64,000 nucleotides of DNA from positions 46,239-110,238 of the forward strand of contig NZ_JAKFEF010000069.1 of assembly GCF_036675785.1 (NCBI RefSeq), given 5' to 3'. Source of the DNA: Aromatoleum sp. (GTDB lineage Bacteria > Pseudomonadota > Gammaproteobacteria > Burkholderiales > Rhodocyclaceae). Numbering within the stretch: position 1 is the first letter of the stretch; each line of letters begins with the position of its first letter. Under the pieces are notes generated by a model that worked only from the letters and a program-made list of their open reading frames with translations, was not told where the DNA came from and did no database searches. Position numbers and translations under genes: made by a program. Below, in pieces: positions 27,890 through 39,165 of this stretch.

Positions 27890-30268
27890 CTATCCACGCA
27901 ATCGCGCACCCAGAGCAGTTTCCGCATGACGCACGATCGCTTCGACGGCCGAATCCACTTCCGCATCCTCGAGAGTGCGCTGAGTATCTTGCATCAACAC
28001 TCTGAACGCAAGGCTCTTTTTTCCCGGATCGATGCCTTTGCCATGGTAGACGTCGAAGAGTTCGATTCCCTTCACGATCGGTGCGGCGTCCTCGTTCATG
28101 ACCTCGAGAACACGCGCGACCGGAACCGCCTGTTCGATGACCAGCGCGATATCGCGTGTGACCGCCGGCAGCTTCGAAATCTCGCGGTGGGCGGGCAGTT
28201 CGGCCGCGAGCGCGGCATCGAGTTCGACCTCGAACACGACCGGTGCGCTGCCCAGTTCGTACCGCTGCACCCACACCGGATGAATCTCGCCGACGACACC
28301 GATGCGACGCTCGCCCATCAGCACCGTTGCCGCGCGCCCCGGATGCAGCGCCGAGTGCGAGACCGGCTCGAAGCTGAGCGCACGCGGCGCGAACAGCGCT
28401 TCGAGATCGCCCTTCACATCGAAAAAATCGATCGACCGGGACGCGCTGCCCCACTGCTCGGGTAGTGCGAGCCCGGCGGCGAGCGCAGCGATCCGCAGCG
28501 GCTGGTGGAAACCGGCAACCGGCTCACCGTCCGCCTTGCGCTCGAAGCAGCGGCCGACCTCGAATACGCGCACGCGCGACTGCTGGCGCTTGCGGTTCGC
28601 GACGAGGTTCGCCGCGAGGCCGGGAATCAGGCTCGAACGCATCACGCTCATCTGGCTCGCGATCGGGTTCGCGAGGCGGATCGGCGTCTCGTTCGCGCAG
28701 AAATCGCGTTCCCACGCCTCCTCGACGAAAGCATAGTTAACGACTTCCTGATAGCCGCGCCCGGCGAGCCGGCACCGGACGTCCCACGCGCTGCGGCTCG
28801 ACTCCGAGCGGTCGAGCATCGCGAGCGCGCCTTGCGGGGCGACTGCGGGAATCGCGTCGTAACCGTGCAGCCGCGCGATCTCCTCGATCAGATCCTCCTC
28901 GATCTCGATGTCGAAGCGGAACGACGGCGGCTCGACAAGCAGCGCATCGCCGTCGCGCCGCACCGACAGGTGGACGCTTTCGAGCAGTTGGACGATCGCG
29001 TCGTCGTCGAGATCGATGCCGAGGAGACGCCGCGCCCGCGCCGGACGCAGGCGGACCGCGTTGCGCAGCGGCAGGTGATCCGGCGCGACGGCTTCCTCGA
29101 CGGGGCCGGCGGCGCCGCCGCAGATGTCGAGGATCAGCTTTGTCGCACGCTCGATCGCCTGCGACGCGAGGGCGAAATCGACGCCGCGCTCGAAGCGGTG
29201 CGACGCGTCGGACACGAAGCCGTAGCTGCGCGCGCGCCCGGCGATCGCGGCCGGCGCGAAGAATGCGCTCTCGAGGAAGAGATCGACGGTGTCGAGCGTG
29301 ATGCCGCTTTCGTCGCCGCCCATGATGCCGGCGAGCGCGAGCGCACGCGCTTCGTCGGCGATCAGCAGCGTGTCGGCGGCGGGTGTCACGGTCTGCTCGT
29401 TGAGCAGCAGCACCTGTTCGCTGTCGCGCGGATAACGCACGTGAATTGCGCCGGCGAGTTTCGCGTTGTCGAACGCGTGCAGCGGCTGGCCGAGTTCGAG
29501 CATCACGTAGTTCGTCACGTCGACGAGCGCGCTGACCGAACGCAGCCCGCTGCGCTGCAGCCGCTGCTTCATCCAGTCCGGCGTCGGCGCCTTCGCATCC
29601 ACTCCGCGCAAGATCCGGCCGCAGTAGCGCGGACAGCCTTCCGGCGCGTCGAGCACGATCACGCGCCGCTCGTCGATCGTCGGCGCGACCGGGTCGAGCG
29701 GCGGCAGTGCGAGCGGTTGGCCGGTCAGCGCCGCGACTTCGCGCGCGACGCCGGCAAGGCTCAGGCAATCGGAACGGTTGGGCGTAAGCTTGATCGTGAA
29801 AAGCGTGTCGTCGAGCGCGAAATACTCGCGCACGTCCTGGCCGATCGGCGCATCGGGCGGCAATTCGAGCAAGCCGCCGTGATCGTCGGAGAGCCCGAGT
29901 TCGCGCGCTGAACACAACATGCCGAACGACTCGACGCCGCGCAGCTTCGCGGCCTTGATCGCGAAGGCGGGCAGGCTCGCGCCGACGACGGCACACGGGA
30001 CTTTCATGCCGGTGGCGGCGTTCGGCGCGCCGCAGACGATCTGCAGCAGTTCGCCTTGTCCCGCATCGACCTTGCACAGCTTCAGCTTGTCGGCGTTCGG
30101 GTGCTTCCCGGCCTCGACGATCCGGGCAACGACGACGCCCGAAAATGCCGGCGCCGCCGGCACCGATTCTTCGACTTCGAGACCGGCCATCGTCAGCAGG
30201 TGGCCGAGGGCGTCGCTGTCGAGCGGAGGATTCACGAAGCTCCGCAACCAGTATTCCGAAAATTGCAT
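27890..30268 (-). CDS. pheT: Phenylalanine--tRNA ligase beta subunit
   Basis: [34 protein letters not shown], 792 aa. Start trimmed to the ATG at 30268. Confidence 0.95.
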   Translation of the reverse strand: MQFSEYWLRSFVNPPLDSDALGHLLTMAGLEVEESVPAAPAFSGVVVARIVEAGKHPNADKLKLCKVDAGQGELLQIVCGAPNAATGMKVPCAVVGASLPAFAIKAAKLRGVESFGMLCSARELGLSDDHGGLLELPPDAPIGQDVREYFALDDTLFTIKLTPNRSDCLSLAGVAREVAALTGQPLALPPLDPVAPTIDERRVIVLDAPEGCPRYCGRILRGVDAKAPTPDWMKQRLQRSGLRSVSALVDVTNYVMLELGQPLHAFDNAKLAGAIHVRYPRDSEQVLLLNEQTVTPAADTLLIADEARALALAGIMGGDESGITLDTVDLFLESAFFAPAAIAGRARSYGFVSDASHRFERGVDFALASQAIERATKLILDICGGAAGPVEEAVAPDHLPLRNAVRLRPARARRLLGIDLDDDAIVQLLESVHLSVRRDGDALLVEPPSFRFDIEIEEDLIEEIARLHGYDAIPAVAPQGALAMLDRSESSRSAWDVRCRLAGRGYQEVVNYAFVEEAWERDFCANETPIRLANPIASQMSVMRSSLIPGLAANLVANRKRQQSRVRVFEVGRCFERKADGEPVAGFHQPLRIAALAAGLALPEQWGSASRSIDFFDVKGDLEALFAPRALSFEPVSHSALHPGRAATVLMGERRIGVVGEIHPVWVQRYELGSAPVVFEVELDAALAAELPAHREISKLPAVTRDIALVIEQAVPVARVLEVMNEDAAPIVKGIELFDVYHGKGIDPGKKSLAFRVLMQDTQRTLEDAEVDSAVEAIVRHAETALGARLRG

Positions 30269-30275
30269 GATTCGA

Positions 30276-31325
<1,050 letters not shown>

Positions 31326-31329
31326 TCAG

Positions 31330-31360
31330 AAAAAAAAAGGAGGCCAAGCCTCCTTTTTTC
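31330..31360. terminator. Rho-independent (bidirectional-looking) terminator between rplT and pheS
   Basis: a8-GGAGGC-caa-GCCTCC-t6. On the minus strand the T-run ends about 25 nt before the pheS ATG. Confidence 0.8.
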
Positions 31361-31373
31361 GCGCCGCGTTGGC

Positions 31374-31733
31374 TTACGCAGCGAGTTTGGCCCGGGCCTG
31401 ATCGGCAAGCGCCGCAAACGCCGCCTTGTCGAACACGGCCAGGTCGGCCAGCACCTTACGATCGACTTCGATCGCGGCCTTCTTCAGGCCGTTCATGAAG
31501 GTGCTATAGGTCAGACCGACTTCACGCGCGGCCGCATTGATACGGGCGATCCACAGCGTGCGGAACTGGCGCTTGCGCTGGCGGCGGTCACGGTATGCGT
31601 ACTGACCGGCCTTCATCACCGCCTGCTTGGCGATGCGATATACGTTCTTGCGGCGGCCGCGGTAACCCTTGGCCTGATCGAGAACCTTCTTGTGACGCGC
31701 GCGGGCGGTTACACCACGTTTGACTCTGGGCAT
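31374..31733 (-). CDS. rplT: 50S ribosomal protein L20
   Basis: [28 protein letters not shown]. Confidence 0.97.
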   Translation of the reverse strand: MPRVKRGVTARARHKKVLDQAKGYRGRRKNVYRIAKQAVMKAGQYAYRDRRQRKRQFRTLWIARINAAAREVGLTYSTFMNGLKKAAIEVDRKVLADLAVFDKAAFAALADQARAKLAA

Positions 31734-31745
31734 GGCGGTCTCCTA

Positions 31746-31943
31746 TCAGGCGTAAGGCAGCATGGCGCGGATCAGCTTCTCGTCGGCGGCGTGAACTTCT
31801 GTCATGCCGCGCAGCTGGCGCTTGCTCTTGGTCGTCTTCTTCGTAAGGATGTGGCGCTTGAACGCCTGGGACCGCTTGATCCCGCCACTCGAGCGGACCT
31901 TGAACCGCTTCGCGGCTCCGCTCTTCGTCTTCATCTTGGGCAT
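31746..31943 (-). CDS. rpmI: 50S ribosomal protein L35
   Basis: [24 protein letters not shown]. Start trimmed to the ATG at 31943. Confidence 0.95.
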   Translation of the reverse strand: MPKMKTKSGAAKRFKVRSSGGIKRSQAFKRHILTKKTTKSKRQLRGMTEVHAADEKLIRAMLPYA

Positions 31944-32084
31944 TGCTAACTCCAGGTTTATGAATGCCGTCAGGTAGCGTCGCCACGCGGCGCGTTTTCG
32001 ACCTGACACCACTTGTTTTCCGCCGGACTTTGTCCCGCGGTTTTGCCCCCGCCCGAAAGCGGGAGGCGAATTCGTTTCGCCCGA

Positions 32085-32606
32085 TCAGCGATTCTTCTTC
32101 GGGGAGATCACCATGATCATCTGACGCCCTTCCATCTTGGGCATCTGCTCGACCTGGCCGAGTTCTTCCAGGTCCGCCTTCACGCGCTCGAGCTGTCGCA
32201 GCCCGAATTCCTGGTGAGCCATCTCGCGCCCGCGGAAGCGCAAGGTCACCTTGCACTTGTCGCCGTCCTCGAGAAAACGCTTCAGATTCCGCAACTTGAT
32301 CTGGTAGTCGTTCTCGTCCGTCGCCGGCCGGAGCTTGACCTCCTTGATCTGAACCTGCTTCTGCTTGAGCCGGGCCTCGTGGGCCTTCTTCTGCTCCTGG
32401 TACTTGAACTTGCCGAAATCCATCACCCGGCAGACCGGGGGCTGCGCCATCGGCGCGATCTCGACCAGGTCCAGCCCGGCCTCCTCGGCCGCGTTCAGCG
32501 CCGCGTTCAGCGACACGATGCCGAGCGGCTCGCCGTCTTCGCCGATCAGACGGACTTCGGGCGCGCTGATCTCCTCATTGACGCGCTGCTTCTTTTCTTG
32601 AGCGAT
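32085..32606 (-). CDS. infC: Translation initiation factor IF-3 (non-canonical ATC start)
   Basis: Homology ([32 protein letters not shown]...) extends upstream of the first GTG/ATG. The only in-frame candidate after the thrS stop is ATC at 32604-32606, 6 nt after GGAGAA. Confidence 0.85.
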   Translation of the reverse strand: MAQEKKQRVNEEISAPEVRLIGEDGEPLGIVSLNAALNAAEEAGLDLVEIAPMAQPPVCRVMDFGKFKYQEQKKAHEARLKQKQVQIKEVKLRPATDENDYQIKLRNLKRFLEDGDKCKVTLRFRGREMAHQEFGLRQLERVKADLEELGQVEQMPKMEGRQMIMVISPKKNR

Positions 32607-32633
32607 GGTTCGTTCTCCACGAAAGCCAAAAAA

Positions 32634-34550
32634 TCAGATCGAGGCCGACCGCGCTTCGACTTCGCGCTGCCAACGCTCGATCAATGTATCGAGGGTCATC
32701 TGGCCAAGATCCTGGCCGCCCCGAACGCGCACGGCCACGAGGCCCGCCGCCTTTTCCTTTTCGCCGATGACGATCTGGTATGGCAGTTTGTGCACGCTAT
32801 GTTCGCGAATTTTATAGTTAATCTTCTCGTTACGCAAATCCGACTCGACCCGGAAACCCGCCTGCTTCAAGCGTTTCGTAACTTCAATTGCGTATTCCGC
32901 CTGCCCTTCGGAGATGTTCAGCACGACCGCCTGCACCGGCACTAGCCACATCGGCAGCGCCCCGGCGTAATGCTCGATCAGGATGCCGATGAAGCGCTCG
33001 AGCGAGCCGAGGATCGCCCGGTGCAGCATCACCGGATACTTCTTCGTATTGTCGTCGGCGACATACTCGGCGCCGAGGCGCACCGGCAGGTTGAAGTCGA
33101 GCTGCAGCGTGCCGCACTGCCAGACGCGGTTCAGGCAGTCCTTCAGCGAGAACTCGATCTTCGGCCCGTAGAATGCGCCTTCGCCGGGCTGCAGATCGTA
33201 CGCGAGGCCCTGCGCATCGAGTGCCGCGGCGAGCGCCGCTTCGGCCGCATCCCACTGCTCGTCGGTCCCGACGCGCTTGTCGGGCCGCGTCGACAGCTTG
33301 ATCAGGATCTCGTTGAAACCGAAGTCGGCATAGACCTTCTGCAGCAGTTCGATGAACGCCGCCGACTCGGCCTGCACTTGGTCTTCGGCGCAGAAGATGT
33401 GGGCGTCGTCCTGCACGAAATTGCGCACGCGCATGATGCCGTGCAGCGACCCGGACGGCTCGTTGCGGTGACAGGAGCCGAACTCGGCCATGCGCAGCGG
33501 CAGGTCGCGGTAGCTCTTCAGCCCCTGGTTGAAGATCTGGATGTGGCACGGGCAGTTCATCGGCTTGACCGCGAAGTCGCGCTTCTCGGACTGCGTCGTG
33601 AACATCAGATCCGAATACATGCCCCAGTGGCCGGATTTTTCCCACAGCGAGCGGTCGACGATCTGCGGGGTCTTCACTTCCTGGTAGCCGTTTTCGCCGA
33701 TCGTGCGGCGCATGTACTGCTCGACCTGCTGCCACAGCGTCCAGCCTTTCGCGTGCCAGAACACCATCCCCGGCGCCTCTTCCTGGATGTGGAAGAGATC
33801 GAGCAGGCGCCCCAGCTTGCGGTGGTCGCGCTTCTCGGCCTCTTCGAGCATGTGGAGATAGCTCTCGAGGTCTTCCTTCTTCGCCCACGCGGTGCCGTAG
33901 ATCCGCTGCAGCATCTCGTTCTTCGAGTCGCCGCGCCAGTACGCGCCGGCGACTTTCGTCAGCTTGAAGACCTTGAGCCGGCCGGTCGACGGCACGTGGG
34001 GGCCGCGGCACAGGTCGATGAAATCACCCTGGCGATACAGCGACACATCCTCGGCCTGCGGGATCGACGCGATTATCTCCGCCTTGTAGTTCTCGCCCTG
34101 CGACTTGAAGAACTCGACGGCCCGGTCGCGGGGCCACACTTCCCGCGCCACGGGAATCTCGCGCTTCGCGAGTTCCGCCATGCGCTTCTCGATCTTTTCC
34201 AGATCCTCCGGCGTGAAGGGACGCTTGTACGCGAAATCGTAGTAGAAGCCGTTTTCGATCACCGGGCCGATCGTGACCTGGGCGTCCGGGAACAGCTCCT
34301 TGACCGCGTGCGCGAGCAGGTGCGCCGTCGAGTGCCGGAGGACCTCGACGCCTTCATCGCTCTTGTCGGTGACGATCGCCAACGGCGTGTCGGTTTCGAT
34401 GCGGTGCGAGAGATCGACGAGCCGACCATCCACCTTGCCGGCGAGCGCCGCCTTCGCGAGCCCGGCTCCGATCGACGCCGCCACCTCGGACACGGTGACC
34501 GGGCGATCGAAGCGGCGGACGGAACCGTCGGGAAGCGTGATGTTCGGCAT
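32634..34550 (-). CDS. thrS: Threonine--tRNA ligase
   Basis: [24 protein letters not shown]... with TGS, editing, class II core and anticodon-binding domains, 638 aa. Confidence 0.97.
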   Translation of the reverse strand: MPNITLPDGSVRRFDRPVTVSEVAASIGAGLAKAALAGKVDGRLVDLSHRIETDTPLAIVTDKSDEGVEVLRHSTAHLLAHAVKELFPDAQVTIGPVIENGFYYDFAYKRPFTPEDLEKIEKRMAELAKREIPVAREVWPRDRAVEFFKSQGENYKAEIIASIPQAEDVSLYRQGDFIDLCRGPHVPSTGRLKVFKLTKVAGAYWRGDSKNEMLQRIYGTAWAKKEDLESYLHMLEEAEKRDHRKLGRLLDLFHIQEEAPGMVFWHAKGWTLWQQVEQYMRRTIGENGYQEVKTPQIVDRSLWEKSGHWGMYSDLMFTTQSEKRDFAVKPMNCPCHIQIFNQGLKSYRDLPLRMAEFGSCHRNEPSGSLHGIMRVRNFVQDDAHIFCAEDQVQAESAAFIELLQKVYADFGFNEILIKLSTRPDKRVGTDEQWDAAEAALAAALDAQGLAYDLQPGEGAFYGPKIEFSLKDCLNRVWQCGTLQLDFNLPVRLGAEYVADDNTKKYPVMLHRAILGSLERFIGILIEHYAGALPMWLVPVQAVVLNISEGQAEYAIEVTKRLKQAGFRVESDLRNEKINYKIREHSVHKLPYQIVIGEKEKAAGLVAVRVRGGQDLGQMTLDTLIERWQREVEARSASI

Positions 34551-34591
34551 GTGTCGAAGCCTCGGACTAGTGGTTCAGCGAACTGTGGACG

Positions 34592-34621
34592 AAAAAAAAG
34601 TGCGGACGGGCCGCACTTTTT
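34592..34621. terminator. Rho-independent terminator between tRNA-Val and thrS
   Basis: a8-GTGCGG-acggg-CCGCAC-t5. On the minus strand the hairpin is followed by T8, 45 nt upstream of the thrS ATG. Confidence 0.8.
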
Positions 34622-34703
34622 CCTGCAGGTACTACAGTGGAGCCCGATTTCAGCTTCCGGCTACGGCAGTAGTTCGGAACATCCTTCTTCCAGCTCCAAG
34701 TGT

Positions 34704-34780
34704 TGGTAGGCGCGATTGGACTCGAACCAACGACCCCCACCATGTCAAGGTGGTGCTCTAACCAGCTGAGCTACGCGCCT
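34704..34780 (-). tRNA. tRNA-Val (anticodon GAC)
   Basis: AGGCGCG/TA/GCTC-AGCTGGTTA-GAGC/A/CCACC-TTGACAT-GGTGG/GGGTC/GTTGG-TTCGAGT-CCAAT/CGCGCCT-A-CCA. Confidence 0.92.
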
Positions 34781-34793
34781 GCAAGAGCTGCGC

Positions 34794-34822
34794 ATTTTAG
34801 GCAAGCCGTTCGATCCGTGCAA
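34794..34822 (-). promoter_or_regulatory. tRNA-Val promoter (-35 TTGCAC, 17-nt spacer, -10 TAAAAT, GC-rich discriminator, A/T-rich upstream element)
   Basis: The minus strand reads gaaatattcgaaaaatgcTTGCACggatcgaacggcttgccTAAAATgcgcagctcttgc followed by the tRNA 5' end. Confidence 0.7.
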
Positions 34823-35013
34823 GCATTTTTCGAATATTTCGGCGTTCCGGAGGTGCGGCGTGGGCGTTCAGGCTCTTACGCGTTGCGCAAAATTGCATTT
34901 GCGGCGGTTGCCCGGTCCTCGCACTCTCCATCCAGGCAAGATCGGCTGCAACTCGCGGGAATCGATTTCAATGCCGCCCTGTCCAACAAACGTTGTGAGC
35001 GGAGGAGGACTTG

Positions 35014-35673
35014 ATGGCAGGGATCGTGCGCAGCCGGCGACGGGCGCTGGCCAATGCAGTTCTCGCGAGCGCTCTGGCAATCGCAATCTCGGACAGCGCC
35101 GCCGAGCCGGCGCAGGCCGCTCCGCAGCGGGCGACGGCGGTCTTCGCCGGGGGCTGCTTCTGGTGCATGGAGCCCCCGTTCGACAAGCTCGACGGCGTGA
35201 TCTCGACGACATCGGGTTACACCGGCGGAAACGTCGCGAATCCGACCTACAAGGCGGTGTCGTCGGGTGGGACGGGGCATTTCGAGGCAATTCGCATCGA
35301 ATACGACCCGAAGAAGATCAGTTACGAGCAACTGCTCGAAACCTTTTGGCCAAATATCGACCCGACCGATGCCGGCGGACAGTTCTGCGACCGCGGCAAC
35401 CAGTACCGCGCCGCAATCTTTTACGCGGACGAAGCGCAGCGGGTCACGTCGGAACGCTCGCGTGAAGCGCTCGCGGCGAACAAGCCGTTTCCGCAGCCGA
35501 TCGTCACCGAGATCGTTCCTGCCAGCACGTTCTATCCGGCCGAGGAATACCATCAGGACTATTACCTGAAGAATCCGCTGCGCTACAAGTTCTACCGTCA
35601 CGGTTGCGGACGTGACCGGCGGCTCGAATCGCTGTGGGGCGACACCGCCGGCAATGGAGAGAAGCAACGATGA
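35014..35673 (+). CDS. msrA: Peptide-methionine (S)-S-oxide reductase MsrA with N-terminal signal peptide
   Basis: GGCFWCMEPPFD and GHFEAIRIEYDP, preceded by a roughly 35-aa extension RSRRRALANAVLASALAIAISDSAAEPAQA. Confidence 0.9.
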   Translation: MAGIVRSRRRALANAVLASALAIAISDSAAEPAQAAPQRATAVFAGGCFWCMEPPFDKLDGVISTTSGYTGGNVANPTYKAVSSGGTGHFEAIRIEYDPKKISYEQLLETFWPNIDPTDAGGQFCDRGNQYRAAIFYADEAQRVTSERSREALAANKPFPQPIVTEIVPASTFYPAEEYHQDYYLKNPLRYKFYRHGCGRDRRLESLWGDTAGNGEKQR

Positions 35674-36164
35674 AAAGGCGTTTATTTCTGGCCGGCCTGC
35701 TCGGCACGGCGTCGATTCCGCTCATTCGCGCGACGCACTCGGCGAACGGGGAATCCGCGCCGGTGAAAATCGAGAAGATCCGCCGCTCGGAAGCAGAATG
35801 GCGCAAGGTGCTGACGCCGGAGCAGTTCGACGTCTTGCGCGACGAAGGAACGGAGCGTGCGGGCAGTAGCCCGCTCAACGACGAAGAGCGGGCCGGGGAA
35901 TACCGCTGCGCCGGCTGCGATCTCGCGCTCTTCACGTCGGACATGAAGTACGACAGCGGCACCGGCTGGCCGAGCTTTTACACGTCGATCCCCGGACATT
36001 TCGAAACGAAGCGGGACTTCAAGCTGATCCTGCCGCGGACGGAATATCACTGCGCGCGCTGCGGCGGGCACCAGGGGCATATCTTCGACGACGGCCCGCC
36101 ACCGACCGGCAAGCGCTGGTGCAACAACGGCGTCGCGCTGAAATTCGTGCCCGCGGTCGGCTGA
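35670..36164 (+). CDS. msrB: Peptide-methionine (R)-S-oxide reductase MsrB with twin-arginine-like signal peptide
   Basis: MKRRLFLAGLLGTASIPLIRA, two CxxC Zn motifs (CAGC, CARC), and GWPSF with catalytic RWCNNG. ATGA overlap with msrA. Confidence 0.9.
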   Translation: MKRRLFLAGLLGTASIPLIRATHSANGESAPVKIEKIRRSEAEWRKVLTPEQFDVLRDEGTERAGSSPLNDEERAGEYRCAGCDLALFTSDMKYDSGTGWPSFYTSIPGHFETKRDFKLILPRTEYHCARCGGHQGHIFDDGPPPTGKRWCNNGVALKFVPAVG

Positions 36165-36220
36165 GCGTCGGGGAGCGCACTGGAACGGCACGTTCCGGAC
36201 GCCGCGCACGGCCCGCCGCG

Positions 36221-37831
36221 TCAGTGGCTCGTGCCTTCCTCGCGCGTGATCTTGTTCCAGACGTTGTACTTGCCGACCGGCTTCTTCATCGGGAGGCGCT
36301 TGACCTCCTCGAGCGTCTTCGCGTCGTAAACGATCACGGCGCCGTCCATCTCCCACAGGCTCGCGAGCGCGTAGCGCCCGTCGCGCGTGAACTCGATGTG
36401 CGCGAGCGTCTTGCCGGGGTCGGTCTTCAGTTCCCGCACGACTTCGAGCGTCTGCTTGTCGATGACCTGCAGCACGTTCTTCGCGTCCCGGCTCATCATC
36501 GAGTCGACGAAGGCGTAGCGGCTGTTCTCGTGGCTGCGCAGGAAGAAGCCGGGGCCGCGCGTCGGGATGCGTTTGACGACGCTCCAGTCCTGCATGTCGA
36601 TGACCGTGACTTCGGCGGCCTTCAGGTTCGTGCTCGCCATCACGCGCCGGCCCTGCCAGTCCCAGGTGATCCCCGACCCCAGGTGCGGCATGCCGTCGAG
36701 CGGCAGATCGGCGATCTTGCGGCGCACGTCCAGCTGCACGACCTGACCGACGCCGTCGCGCGACGCGCCGAGCAGCGTCGAGTAGTCCTGCGTGAAGAAG
36801 AAGTCATCGAGCACTTCGGCGAGTTCGGTCCGCCGCGGGTTGAGGTAGCCGCGGACGAACGCGCCCTCGCGGTACTGGTAGTCGTGCACGTAACCGGTCG
36901 GGATTTCCTCGGCGGTCTGGTCGTAGCTGATCTCCCACACTTCGGGCACGTCCTTCAGCGCGGCGACGAAGGAGTTGCGCGGTGTCGCCTCATAGACTGC
37001 GGACACGCGCGACGTCTTCTTGCCTTCGCGGTCGGTGACGTCGATCGACTTCAGCAGGTTCAGGTCGCCGTCGAGCAGCACGAGCGTGTGGGGTAGGTAG
37101 TTCGCGACCGCGACGTGGCGGCCGTCGGGCGACACCGCGACGTTGCGCGTATTGATGCCGGCGCGGATCTCGGCGACGACCTTGAGGTTCCACAGGTCGT
37201 ACTTCGTGACCCAGCCGTCGCGCGAGCCGAAGAACACGTAGCGGCCGTCCTGCGTGAACTTTGGCCCCCCGTGCAGCGCGTGGCGCGACGGGAAGCGGTG
37301 GATCGGCTCGAGGCGGTCGCCGTCGAGCACCGACACGTGGTGGTCGCCGCTCTCGACGACGACGAAGAGGTTCATCGGGTCGGCGTCGAACACCGGCTTC
37401 GCAGAGAGGGTCGCGGGATCGACATGCGCGATGCGCGACGCGCGGATGTCTGCCTCACTCCATTTTGGCGCCGGCACGACCGGCGAGTAGATCCACGCGC
37501 CGAGCGCGGCGATCTCGTCGGCGTTCAGGACGCCGCCGAACGCCGGCATCTGCGTCGCCGTGCGTCCGCCGCGAATCACGTCGAGCGCTTCGTCCTTCTT
37601 CAGGCGCGCGAGGTTTTCCGGCAGCAGCGCCGGACCGGTGCCGCCGAGGCGGTCCGCGCCGTGGCACGTCGCGCAATGTTGTTGGTAGTGACTTATGGGG
37701 CCTGGCGTGTCGTCCGCACGGGCGGACGCATAGCCGGCAGCCGCCGCGACGACGAGTGCGGCTGCGGCGACGATTCGGTACGGCGCACGGGCAGCGATGG
37801 TGCGTGGCGCATTGCGGGCTTTCATCGTCAA
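36221..37831 (-). CDS. nirN: NirN (cytochrome c plus d1-type beta-propeller; dihydro-haem d1 dehydrogenase)
   Basis: Signal peptide, CATCH haem c domain and a NirS-like propeller (HHVSVLDGD, HGGPKFTQDGRY). Position after nirJ. Confidence 0.85.
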   Translation of the reverse strand: MTMKARNAPRTIAARAPYRIVAAAALVVAAAAGYASARADDTPGPISHYQQHCATCHGADRLGGTGPALLPENLARLKKDEALDVIRGGRTATQMPAFGGVLNADEIAALGAWIYSPVVPAPKWSEADIRASRIAHVDPATLSAKPVFDADPMNLFVVVESGDHHVSVLDGDRLEPIHRFPSRHALHGGPKFTQDGRYVFFGSRDGWVTKYDLWNLKVVAEIRAGINTRNVAVSPDGRHVAVANYLPHTLVLLDGDLNLLKSIDVTDREGKKTSRVSAVYEATPRNSFVAALKDVPEVWEISYDQTAEEIPTGYVHDYQYREGAFVRGYLNPRRTELAEVLDDFFFTQDYSTLLGASRDGVGQVVQLDVRRKIADLPLDGMPHLGSGITWDWQGRRVMASTNLKAAEVTVIDMQDWSVVKRIPTRGPGFFLRSHENSRYAFVDSMMSRDAKNVLQVIDKQTLEVVRELKTDPGKTLAHIEFTRDGRYALASLWEMDGAVIVYDAKTLEEVKRLPMKKPVGKYNVWNKITREEGTSH

Positions 37832-37843
37832 TCCATTCGAAGG

Positions 37844-39046
37844 TCAGGCGCTGCGGCGGCGCGGAAACGGCGTCGTCACGACGCGCTCGCTGCCGTAGTC
37901 CGCCGCCGCGACGCCGATTTCCTCGTCGCTGAGATAACAGGCCGGATCTTCGACCCACGGGTCGCCGGTGATCTGCTGCGCGCGCACGCGCGAGCTGCCG
38001 TTGCAGATCGCGAGGAACTTGCACTCGCCACAACGTCCGACGACCTGGCGCGGATGACGCTTCAGCCCCGCCATCAGCGGGTCCGAGACGTCAGTCCAGA
38101 TTTCCGAGAACGGCCGCTCGCGCACGTTGCCGAGCGGCACGTGCCACCACATCGTGTCGGGATGGACGACACCGAGATTGTCGATGTTCGCGACATTGAC
38201 GCCGCTCGCGTTGCCGCCCCATTGCAGCAGCTTCGCGCGGATATGCTCGGCGCGGTCGGGAAAGCGGCGCGCGACCCAGTGATACATGTAGACACCGTCG
38301 GCATCGTTGTTGCCGGTGACGAATTCCTTCTCGATGCCGCGCCGGTGCAAATCCAGGCAGGTGTCGAACAAGAGATCCATCGCGCCGCGCGTCGTCTGGT
38401 GCCGCGCGTCGTCACCGCGGTACTTGTTGCCGCGGCCGGCGTAATTGAGGTGCGAAAAATAGAACTTGTCGATGCCTGCGTCCTCGACCAGATGCAGCAA
38501 CGCCGGCAGATCGTGCGCGTTGTCCTCGGTCATCGTGTAGCGCACGCCGACCTTGATGCCGCGCTCGAGGCACAGCCCGATGCCGCGCATCGACGCATCG
38601 AACGCGCCGTCGAGGCGGCGAAACTTGTCGTGCGTCGCGCCGATGCCGTCGAGACTCACGCCGACGTAATCGAAGCCGGTTTCGGCGATCGCGTCGATGT
38701 TCGATCGGTCGATCAGCGTGCCGTTGCTCGACAGGCCGACATAGAACCCCATCGCCTTCGCGCGTCGGCCGATTTCGAAGATGTCGGGTCGCAGCAGCGG
38801 CTCGCCGCCCGACAGGATCAGCACCGGCACGTGGAAGGCCTTGAGGTCGTCCATGACGCGGAAGACTTCGTCGGTCGACAGCTCGCCCGGGAAGTCCTTG
38901 TCGGCCGAGATCGAGTAGCAGTGCTTGCAGGTGAGGTTGCAGCGGCGGATCAGGTTCCAGATCACGACCGGACCGGGCGGGTTGCCGCGCGGGCGCGCCG
39001 GGGTCGGGTGGTCGAGTTCGCGGATGAAGCTCGAGATGCGGAACAT
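37844..39046 (-). CDS. nirJ: Radical SAM haem d1 biosynthesis protein NirJ
   Basis: CNLTCKHCY radical SAM motif, a SPASM-like Cys-rich C-terminus, and nir-cluster context. Confidence 0.9.
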   Translation of the reverse strand: MFRISSFIRELDHPTPARPRGNPPGPVVIWNLIRRCNLTCKHCYSISADKDFPGELSTDEVFRVMDDLKAFHVPVLILSGGEPLLRPDIFEIGRRAKAMGFYVGLSSNGTLIDRSNIDAIAETGFDYVGVSLDGIGATHDKFRRLDGAFDASMRGIGLCLERGIKVGVRYTMTEDNAHDLPALLHLVEDAGIDKFYFSHLNYAGRGNKYRGDDARHQTTRGAMDLLFDTCLDLHRRGIEKEFVTGNNDADGVYMYHWVARRFPDRAEHIRAKLLQWGGNASGVNVANIDNLGVVHPDTMWWHVPLGNVRERPFSEIWTDVSDPLMAGLKRHPRQVVGRCGECKFLAICNGSSRVRAQQITGDPWVEDPACYLSDEEIGVAAADYGSERVVTTPFPRRRSA

Positions 39047-39067
39047 GGGACTCTCCTAGGTGCGGTG

Positions 39068-39109
39068 ATTACACCGGAGACGCGGCGCCGGCAAAATGAT
39101 GCGGGTCAA
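39068..39109 (-). promoter_or_regulatory. FNR/Dnr-type box TTGAC-CCGC-ATCAT (39096-39109) plus -10-like TGTAAT (39068-39073) upstream of nirJ
   Basis: Exactly 22 nt separate the box and the hexamer, as expected for a class II site centred at -41.5. GGAGAG and the nirJ ATG lie about 20 nt further downstream. Confidence 0.6.
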
Positions 39110-39165
39110 GCCAGAGGAGCGAAGACGACGGCATGGCGCCGCAGAGGGGGCCGCGGTCGGCCGCA

